Source: an uncultured virus (IMG/VR IMGVR_UViG_3300029787_000026) (Duplodnaviria; Heunggongvirae; Uroviricota; Caudoviricetes; Crassvirales). Taken from it: 64,000 bases of DNA. A program made the position numbers and the translations under genes. The notes under the pieces were generated by a model. That model was not told where the DNA came from. It worked only from the letters and a program-made list of their open reading frames with translations, and did not search any database. Shown piece by piece: positions 1 through 6,126 of this stretch; positions within the stretch are counted from its first letter, which is position 1, and the number at the start of each line of letters is the position of its first letter. Location of the stretch: IMG/VR virus record IMGVR_UViG_3300029787_000026. One strand, 5' to 3'.

Positions 1-111
1 ACCTTCAAGAGGTTGGTCAGCTAGTTGCCAATCAACACTGTCTTCAATGATTTCTTTCATATGATCCGCTACACCTTGTGCAATCAAATCTAGTTCTTTC
101 ATTTTACTCAT
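1..111 (-). CDS. Hypothetical early protein, truncated by window edge (MSKMKELDLIAQGVADHMKEII...)
   Basis: ATG at 111, open to position 1; abuts the stop of the upstream ORF. Confidence 0.6.
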   Translation of the reverse strand, partial: MSKMKELDLIAQGVADHMKEIIEDSVDWQLADQPLEG

Positions 112-112
112 A

Positions 113-253
113 TTATTTAAATTTAGCTGCGACTTCATATATTTCTTCTTTGTCTTCTGAATCTAGTCCAGGTGTTTGAGTAGCGTACATACGTAGTACA
201 TAGTGTACAAAAGTGCAGTCGTTTTCTGTTAGTTTAAGTGTTTTAGTTGCCAT
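113..253 (-). CDS. 46-aa hypothetical early protein (MATKTLKLTENDCTFVHYVLRMYA...)
   Basis: Manual translation; below ORF-track cutoff; tightly packed with neighbours. Confidence 0.6.
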   Translation of the reverse strand: MATKTLKLTENDCTFVHYVLRMYATQTPGLDSEDKEEIYEVAAKFK

Positions 254-521
254 ATTCTATATTTTTATTACTTGTTACCATCCATTCACAGTTATTTACT
301 TTGTGACCTGCACCATATAAAAATGCTTCACAAGATTCTGTGTCAGGATTCCATTTGTTTTCGTCAGTACATAATGAGCTAATGTCATATCTATATACTT
401 TACCATCTGTAAAATCTAGTAAAAATATATACTTAACATATTTTTGCTCGTGTAGATTTAAGTCTTTTTTATAATTATTTTCTTCTTGCATGTCATGCCA
501 TGCGGTTATGGTATCGCTCAT
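243..521 (-). CDS. Hypothetical early protein
   Basis: 92-aa ORF overlapping neighbours on the same strand. Confidence 0.7.
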   Translation of the reverse strand: MSDTITAWHDMQEENNYKKDLNLHEQKYVKYIFLLDFTDGKVYRYDISSLCTDENKWNPDTESCEAFLYGAGHKVNNCEWMVTSNKNIEYGN

Positions 522-769
522 TGTTTTACTATTTGTTTTAATTGTTCTACACTATATCGTTTCTGATATTTCCACATACGGTTATGCGTGAACTTACGTG
601 CTTTGGCTCCGAAAGATTTCTTGCCAGGTGTGCGTACTCTATTGTACTCAGCAGCGGTAAGTCCACTACAATAACCTTCATGAGCATTTTTTAGCCGATG
701 CTCTTTGGCTACTTGTTTACGCTTGTTTTCAACATAAGCGCATAGTTCTTTCATACTAGTAACTACCAT
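518..769 (-). CDS. Basic hypothetical early protein
   Basis: 83-aa ORF, 4-nt overlap with downstream gene. Confidence 0.65.
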   Translation of the reverse strand: MVVTSMKELCAYVENKRKQVAKEHRLKNAHEGYCSGLTAAEYNRVRTPGKKSFGAKARKFTHNRMWKYQKRYSVEQLKQIVKQ

Positions 770-951
770 GGTAATAATGTTTTTTCTATGTAAGTTAAAC
801 CGTTGTAGTTAAACCATTGATATTTACCTTGTTTGTCGCCTTGTTGTTTAAAACCGAAGGAAGGAGGTAAATCGCCTACATTATAACCTTTGTAGGTAGT
901 ATTATTTAGTTTGATAGTAGTTTTATTAACTTGTTTGAATGTATTTTGCAT
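763..951 (-). CDS. Hypothetical early protein (MQNTFKQ...)
   Basis: Start moved to ATG 951 because the longer ORF overlaps the promoter at 967-995. Confidence 0.6.
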   Translation of the reverse strand: MQNTFKQVNKTTIKLNNTTYKGYNVGDLPPSFGFKQQGDKQGKYQWFNYNGLTYIEKTLLPW

Positions 952-966
952 AATTAAATTTATATT

Positions 967-995
967 ATTATCCAATAGATTTATTATTCTGTCTG
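967..995 (-). promoter_or_regulatory. Class I (early) promoter CAGACA-N17-GATAAT
   Basis: One of five copies with identical 17-nt spacing, each upstream of minus-strand ORFs. Confidence 0.75.
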
Positions 996-998
996 TGA

Positions 999-1079
999 TT
1001 AAACGTAACCACCAAGTAGTTCGAGTAAAGTTTCGAGTGTTATTTCACCCGCTTTGTACATATTTATCCAATCTTCCAT
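999..1079 (-). CDS. 26-aa micro-ORF (MEDWINMYKAGEITLETLLELLGGYV)
   Basis: Manual translation; packed behind the upstream ORF. Confidence 0.4.
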   Translation of the reverse strand: MEDWINMYKAGEITLETLLELLGGYV

Positions 1080-1081
1080 AT

Positions 1082-1219
1082 TTATTTTATATTAGTATCT
1101 TGATAGAATTTAATTTTTTCTTCGACATCTTGTCGAGTTATCTCACCTTGCATTTGTAGCAGTATCATACCGCTCAAATCTATTTGTTTACCATTTTGGC
1201 ATGTTAGTATGAATTGCAT
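1082..1219 (-). CDS. 45-aa early micro-ORF (MQFILTCQNGKQIDLSG...)
   Basis: Manual translation; AATAACT-ATG leader shared with ORFs starting at 1348 and 1780. Confidence 0.55.
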   Translation of the reverse strand: MQFILTCQNGKQIDLSGMILLQMQGEITRQDVEEKIKFYQDTNIK

Positions 1220-1225
1220 AGTTAT

Positions 1226-1348
1226 TTACTTTGAAGTTAATTTTTCTAGTTCAGTGATTTCTTTGTACACTTCGCGATATTGAACCCATCTGTCATTGTC
1301 TTGAAGAAAATCTAGTTTTTCGTATAGTTTTTGTAATTTTAATTGCAT
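1226..1348 (-). CDS. 40-aa early micro-ORF (MQLKLQKLYEKLDFLQ...)
   Basis: Manual translation; same AATAACT-ATG leader. Confidence 0.55.
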   Translation of the reverse strand: MQLKLQKLYEKLDFLQDNDRWVQYREVYKEITELEKLTSK

Positions 1349-1365
1349 AGTTATTTATTTTAATG

Positions 1366-1659
1366 TTAATCGCCTGTAAAATTATCCCATCTAGTCTTAG
1401 AATCGTAATAAGCTTGACACCCAGCGTCGTGAAGTTTAGCCATTTCTTTGTAGTGATCTTCTCTGTCGAAGTAATCATCTATCTTAGCAATAGCTTGTTC
1501 TTTAGTTTGAGCGGCTAGTTGTTGCACTCGTGGACTAGTTATTGCAAACGTTGGATGGTTAGTTATAGTATAACCACTTGCAGGTTTGCCATTCCAAGTT
1601 GTCCACTCATGATAATCATAGTCAACGCCTCTGTGTGTAAGTGTTTTTATTACGCTCAT
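1366..1659 (-). CDS. Hypothetical early protein (MSVIKTLTHRG...)
   Basis: ORF track 1366..1692; ATG 1659 directly follows the stop of the upstream micro-ORF. Confidence 0.7.
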   Translation of the reverse strand: MSVIKTLTHRGVDYDYHEWTTWNGKPASGYTITNHPTFAITSPRVQQLAAQTKEQAIAKIDDYFDREDHYKEMAKLHDAGCQAYYDSKTRWDNFTGD

Positions 1660-1660
1660 A

Positions 1661-1780
1661 TTAGTAGAATTTATAAACCACATCAAGTACAATTTCTCTC
1701 TGTTTTGTTGTGAGAAGGTTCCAATGTTTTCCGAACAAGCGAAACCCGACTTTTAACTTATATGTATTGATGTGAGACAT
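1661..1780 (-). CDS. 39-aa early micro-ORF (MSHINTYKLKVGFRLFGK...)
   Basis: Manual translation; downstream of promoter 1804-1832; AATAACT-ATG leader. Confidence 0.55.
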   Translation of the reverse strand: MSHINTYKLKVGFRLFGKHWNLLTTKQREIVLDVVYKFY

Positions 1781-1788
1781 AGTTATTA

Positions 1789-1974
1789 TTATTTATTTAT
1801 ATTATTATCCAGTTCTTCTTTGGTTTTGTTTGTAATAGGTTGGTTGAAAGGTGCTTCGAGTGTACCGAAGAGCAGTTCGTCGAAGTATTCACCTCTCGTT
1901 ATAAACCTATCTTGTAATTTACTGTAGTAAGCTCTACCCATAGATTCCGAATTGAATATTAGGGTCAACGCCAT
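1789..1974 (-). CDS. Hypothetical early protein
   Basis: 61-aa ORF; true start may be the internal Met (MGRAYY). Confidence 0.5.
   Translation of the reverse strand: MALTLIFNSESMGRAYYSKLQDRFITRGEYFDELLFGTLEAPFNQPITNKTKEELDNNINK
1804..1832 (-). promoter_or_regulatory. Class I (early) promoter CAAACA-N17-GATAAT
   Basis: One mismatch to the other four copies, same spacing. Confidence 0.65.
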
Positions 1975-2128
1975 TTACTATTAAGTTAATGACTAGTGCA
2001 AACCAACCGAAGATTGCTAGTGGTAGTAAGAAGCCGAAAGCAATTACTTCCATCACTACTTCTTGAATTGGTTTAGATTTTACATATTTAGTTACTGCAG
2101 GAATAAATCCTCTGAATTTAAATTTCAT
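1934..2128 (-). CDS. Small membrane protein
   Basis: 64 aa with hydrophobic stretch VIAFGFLLPLAIFGWFALVINLIV. Confidence 0.65.
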   Translation of the reverse strand: MKFKFRGFIPAVTKYVKSKPIQEVVMEVIAFGFLLPLAIFGWFALVINLIVNGVDPNIQFGIYG

Positions 2129-2147
2129 ATTATAGTTTTTAAGTTAG

Positions 2148-2251
2148 TGGATAAGAGAGGATTCGAACCTCCACGCCATACACAACTTACACTGCCAACC
2201 GAAGCCAGCTTGCAGCCATTGCATGATACGCTACTGTCCATGTAGTTACCC
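2148..2251 (-). ncRNA. tRNA-like RNA with D-arm, T-arm and acceptor stem but an about 60-nt arm instead of an anticodon arm
   Basis: GGGTAA/TTATCC-A acceptor; CTAC-ATGGACA-GTAG D-arm; GGAGG-TTCGAAT-CCTCT T-arm. Confidence 0.65.
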
Positions 2252-2257
2252 ATGTAG

Positions 2258-2332
2258 TAGTCGCAGTGAGAATCGAACTCACAAGTGATAGAGTTGGTAT
2301 TCGTCCATCGTTGTCACTTAACCATTACGACT
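2258..2332 (-). ncRNA. tRNA-like RNA lacking a D-stem
   Basis: 7-bp acceptor AGTCGTA/TGCGACT-A; ATGGTT linker; AAGTGA/TCACTT-based long arm; GTGAG-TTCGATT-CTCAC T-arm. Confidence 0.7.
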
Positions 2333-2446
2333 GTTTGCAAGGTGCTATCGACGCACTACTCCAAATTTCTTGCTAATCTGTTCAACATTATTTATAGTGG
2401 TGATGATACACATTTCAACGCGCCACTTAGTTAGTAGAAATACTTG

Positions 2447-2677
2447 TTACAATACTTCTACGTCACCTTGTAATACTCTTGGAATTGAAGTACTTGAAGT
2501 GTAAGACTTGTACTTTTCCCAGCAGTTTAACTTTGATAAGTTATCTTTCATTAGTTCATACACTTTGTCGTGATTGTAAGTGAAAGTCTTTCCGCTTTTG
2601 AATTCAACATTGATTACTTGGTTTTTACCGATTAGTGATTGTCTTACGACAAATCTTTTAGAATTTAATTTACTCAT
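2447..2677 (-). CDS. First substantial early gene, hypothetical protein
   Basis: 76-aa ORF directly downstream of two class I promoters. Confidence 0.75.
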   Translation of the reverse strand: MSKLNSKRFVVRQSLIGKNQVINVEFKSGKTFTYNHDKVYELMKDNLSKLNCWEKYKSYTSSTSIPRVLQGDVEVL

Positions 2678-2706
2678 GATATTTATTATTTATTAGTATT
2701 TATATT

Positions 2707-2735
2707 ATTATCCAATTAGTATTATATTTTGTCTG
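2707..2735 (-). promoter_or_regulatory. Class I (early) promoter CAGACA-N17-GATAAT
   Basis: Intergenic copy; TATATTATTATCCAAT...TGTCTGTGAT shared with 961-999. Confidence 0.75.
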
Positions 2736-2819
2736 TGATGAGTGTAGTTTTGTTTACTTATTTATTTTAGTTAGTATGTATTCCGCTTTGACTCTCATTA
2801 TCTAATTGATTACATATAT

Positions 2820-2848
2820 ATTATCCATTTATTGTAGTAATATGTCTG
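2820..2848 (-). promoter_or_regulatory. Class I (early) promoter CAGACA-N17-GATAAT
   Basis: Most upstream intergenic copy. Confidence 0.7.
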
Positions 2849-2861
2849 TAATATATTAGTA

Positions 2862-2889
2862 TGTCATTATGTCATGTGACAGATTGTCA
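2862..2889. repeat. Cluster of four TGTCA/TGACA pentamers
   Basis: TGTCA at 2862, 2870, 2885 and TGACA at 2877; same pentamer as the arms of the 43-bp element. Confidence 0.55.
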
Positions 2890-2926
2890 TAGTCTTATAG
2901 GAAAAGTCAGGAAGGCGGGGGCAAAT

Positions 2927-2979
2927 CGGGTCAAAAACGAGTATATACGCAGCGAAACCCGGAAAACAGGGTTGACCCG
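2927..2979. repeat. GC-rich inverted repeat at the divergence point of the two genome arms
   Basis: CGGGTCAA (2927-2934) / TTGACCCG (2972-2979); inner AACCC/GGGTT. Confidence 0.55.
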
Positions 2980-3065
2980 GTAAACTAAAACGAATTTTAA
3001 ATAAGAATTACAGAAAAAAAGGTGAGGTGCTACACTATACTCCTCTATACGTGATAACTTTTGTA

Positions 3066-3108
3066 TGACAGTAGCTATATATAGTATATAAGTAATAGGC
3101 TGTTGTCA
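3066..3108. promoter_or_regulatory. 43-bp dyad element TGACA-N33-TGTCA, putative operator copy 1
   Basis: Same length, arms and AGCCTATTACT core as 60520-60562, in opposite orientation. Confidence 0.65.
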
Positions 3109-3137
3109 CTATACGTCTGTAATACACGCTTATTAGT

Positions 3138-3166
3138 GTAAATTCGCTTCAAAACCTGTGAGTATA
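3138..3166 (+). promoter_or_regulatory. Class II promoter GTAAA-N15-GTGAGTATA
   Basis: Bipartite motif with fixed 20-nt offset, recurring before six operon starts. Confidence 0.55.
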
Positions 3167-3214
3167 TATAACTATGGTACGCACATGTAAAACATAACAA
3201 CTAAAAAAACAAAC

Positions 3215-5425
3215 ATGGCAATAATTTATTCATACCCTGAGATAGGAACTTTGGCAGCAGGAGACTTAATGCCAATAAGCGATATTTCAGACAATAACGC
3301 TACAAAATCCGTGACGTTAACTAAGCTTGCTACGTACTTTCAAGGGCAGCAAGCAGCTAACGTATTAGACATTTCTTCAAACAATGGTACTACGGGCAGC
3401 ATAGACTTGGCTTCACAAGTGCTTAATTTCACTGGCGGTTTATTAATTAACACAGCTATCGACCCAGACTTAGGTCAGAACGTAACAATCAATCACAACA
3501 CAGTAGGAAGAACAAATACAGGTGGTCAAACAGACTTACAATTTGGCCAAGAATTTGATGTAATTAATTCCGTAACAACGGATTCATCTGGTCATATTTC
3601 TGGTGTAAATGTTGAAACGTTTCTAATGCCAGCTGAACCATCTGGTACTGTTTCAGGAACTGGTACTACAAATAATATTGTAAAATGGACAGCAGGTGGT
3701 CAAGGTGTTATAGGTGATTCACAAATTATAGAAAATTCTAATGGAATAACTATTGATCCATCTAGTAAAAACGTAGGTATAAACAAAGCTGCTAATTCAA
3801 ATTTTGGATTAGACGTTGAAGGTGTAGTTTCTTTTAGAAAAGGATTAATAATTTCTAACAACCCTGCTAACCCAGTAGTAAATGAAACATCAGCAATAAT
3901 AGGCGCGGGAAGTAATGATATAATATCAGGATCTGATCATTGTTTAACTGTAGGTGAAAACAATCAAATCACTGATAATTCAGATAGATCCGTATCTTTT
4001 GGTGTAGGTAACACCACAAAGTCATCCGTCAACGCAGCAGTTGTAGGATCTGGTAACGTATTAAAATACTCAACTAACTCTCATATAATTGGATTAAATA
4101 ATGTAATGGGTTATGATATTGGGGCTAATACAGCTGGTCTTAATAACTCTATAATAATTGGTTCAGACAACTTACTTACTACTCAAGATGGAAGCGCGGC
4201 TCCTCCAAGTGGTGGGCTAAGCTTTGTTATAGGGCATGACAACGATTTAAAACATACAGAAACAAATTCATTTACTTTTGGGTATAATGTAGCAAATTTA
4301 GGAGGTCAAACAATCTCTCATAGAAACGATTTTAACATTGGTGGAGATTTAAGTGCCACAAATGAATGTATGACCTTAGGTTATAGAAACGATGCAAGCG
4401 AATATCCATCTCAAAATAATCCTGCTGGATTAGGTAAAACAAAATTTGTAGTTGCCACAGGAAGTAATAATAGCGATGATGCAAACGCGTTGATGATAAC
4501 AGAGGGTGGAGTTTTTGTAAATGCTGTAAAACAAGTACCAAGAGTATCATTACCAACGGTTCCAACATTCGCATTTAACAATGATGACACAGCTTTAACC
4601 AGTGGTATACCATACGGCGGTTTGTATAACAGCGGTGGTTTTGTTAAAATTCAAAGATCAAACAATATAGCGCTTAGCGTAACAACTGTTGGTAGTGGAT
4701 ACAATGAAGGTGATACTTATAGCACGACAGCAACCACAGGAAGTGGATTTGGTTTAACTATATTAGTAGATGAAATACTTAGTGGTTCAGGCATCGATAC
4801 CTTTAGTGTTGTTAATCCAGGTGAAGGTTACGCTGTTGGTGATACAGTGGCTGTAGCCGGTGGCGCAATTCTTACCGTAACAATAGGAAACACAGTATCT
4901 TCTAATTCTTTATATACTGGAGATATTTATTTTAACAAAAATTTCCCAACAAATCCTAACTGGTCTATTATAGAAACAGCGGCTAACGACTTAGAAATAA
5001 AAACCACAGGTGGTATAGCACTTAATGTAACAACCGCTGGTACTGGATATAACGAAGACGATATTTACAATACCTCAACAAGTGGTAGTGGATCCGGTCT
5101 TAGAATAAAGGTTTTAGAAATAGACAGCAATTCAGGAGTAACAGCCTTTAGTGTAGCATCAGGAGGCGAAGGTTATGTTGTTGGTGATACAGTAACTCTT
5201 ACAGGAGGCGGTAGCGGTGGCAATAGTGTTCTAACTGTAACAGTTGGTTCGGCTTCGGATTTAATAGTAGATACTGGATCGGGTGACCCTTGTAATTTGT
5301 TAATAAAACGTGGGGATGTAAGTGTTTTAAACTCCAACAAAGGACTTGTGTTAACGGCTCCTAATGGAGATAATTATCGAATAAAAGTTGATAACAGCGG
5401 AAATCTTACAACTACTCTAGCATAA
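3215..5425 (+). CDS. Tail fibre/spike protein
   Basis: G/N/S/T-rich; [IV]GxxN beta-roll repeats; duplicated GxGY...GEGYxVGDTV module. Confidence 0.75.
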   Translation: MAIIYSYPEIGTLAAGDLMPISDISDNNATKSVTLTKLATYFQGQQAANVLDISSNNGTTGSIDLASQVLNFTGGLLINTAIDPDLGQNVTINHNTVGRTNTGGQTDLQFGQEFDVINSVTTDSSGHISGVNVETFLMPAEPSGTVSGTGTTNNIVKWTAGGQGVIGDSQIIENSNGITIDPSSKNVGINKAANSNFGLDVEGVVSFRKGLIISNNPANPVVNETSAIIGAGSNDIISGSDHCLTVGENNQITDNSDRSVSFGVGNTTKSSVNAAVVGSGNVLKYSTNSHIIGLNNVMGYDIGANTAGLNNSIIIGSDNLLTTQDGSAAPPSGGLSFVIGHDNDLKHTETNSFTFGYNVANLGGQTISHRNDFNIGGDLSATNECMTLGYRNDASEYPSQNNPAGLGKTKFVVATGSNNSDDANALMITEGGVFVNAVKQVPRVSLPTVPTFAFNNDDTALTSGIPYGGLYNSGGFVKIQRSNNIALSVTTVGSGYNEGDTYSTTATTGSGFGLTILVDEILSGSGIDTFSVVNPGEGYAVGDTVAVAGGAILTVTIGNTVSSNSLYTGDIYFNKNFPTNPNWSIIETAANDLEIKTTGGIALNVTTAGTGYNEDDIYNTSTSGSGSGLRIKVLEIDSNSGVTAFSVASGGEGYVVGDTVTLTGGGSGGNSVLTVTVGSASDLIVDTGSGDPCNLLIKRGDVSVLNSNKGLVLTAPNGDNYRIKVDNSGNLTTTLA

Positions 5426-5434
5426 ATATAGAAC

Positions 5435-6121
5435 ATGGCAAAAATTTCATCGTACCAAATAGGAACACCTGATGGTTCAGACATTATAATCGGTACTGAT
5501 GTACAAACAGGCCAGACTAAGAATTTTTCCATCAACGCTATTGGTAGTGTTGTAAAAGATTCTAATGTAAGCTGGCAATTTAAAACTTCAGATAGTGAAG
5601 GAATACCTGAAAGAAGTTCTATATACTTTCCTTCGTTTGGTGGTAACAATACTTTGTTTCAAAACATAACAGAGTTAATGATAACGCCAATAATGAAAAA
5701 TAGCTCTAACGCTTTACCATATTTACAGTCGTTGGTGAGTGATGAAATATTTATACAAAATAGAAACAACTTAGGACAATTTGGTGTTTTTACTTTAAAC
5801 TCTTTAACATTAGAGAATGTTTCTGGTAATTATCTTATGGACTTAACGTTTGTAAGTGGTAACGGTGGTTTGCAATTTATGCAGTACTACGGTATAGTTA
5901 AAGAGCCAGAACAAAGCGGTAGTGGTGATAAAACGTTTGTTTATGAACAAGGATTACCATCATCGACGTGGGTTATAACTCATGATTTACAAAAATTTCC
6001 TTCGGTTACTGTCGTAGATAGTGCCAACTCTACTGTAGAGGGTGGAATAACATACAATAACGAAAATGAATTAACACTGACTTTTTCTGCTGCATTTTCA
6101 GGAAAAGCATATTTAAACTAA
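5435..6121 (+). CDS. Tail fibre-associated structural protein
   Basis: N-terminus resembles that of the 3215 ORF; C-terminal WVITHDL..PSVTVVD...FSGKAYLN module. Confidence 0.6.
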   Translation: MAKISSYQIGTPDGSDIIIGTDVQTGQTKNFSINAIGSVVKDSNVSWQFKTSDSEGIPERSSIYFPSFGGNNTLFQNITELMITPIMKNSSNALPYLQSLVSDEIFIQNRNNLGQFGVFTLNSLTLENVSGNYLMDLTFVSGNGGLQFMQYYGIVKEPEQSGSGDKTFVYEQGLPSSTWVITHDLQKFPSVTVVDSANSTVEGGITYNNENELTLTFSAAFSGKAYLN

Positions 6122-6126
6122 AAACA

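Noticed and set aside
2148..2332. Calling the two elements canonical tRNAs or tmRNA
   Set aside because: No valid anticodon arm with U33, no tag ORF, and no tmRNA-type GGGG...CCACCA ends
961..2850. Repeated TATTATTATCC...TGTCTGT as a CRISPR or mini-array
   Set aside because: Copies are irregularly spaced, have variable centres and sit upstream of genes, so they are better explained as promoters
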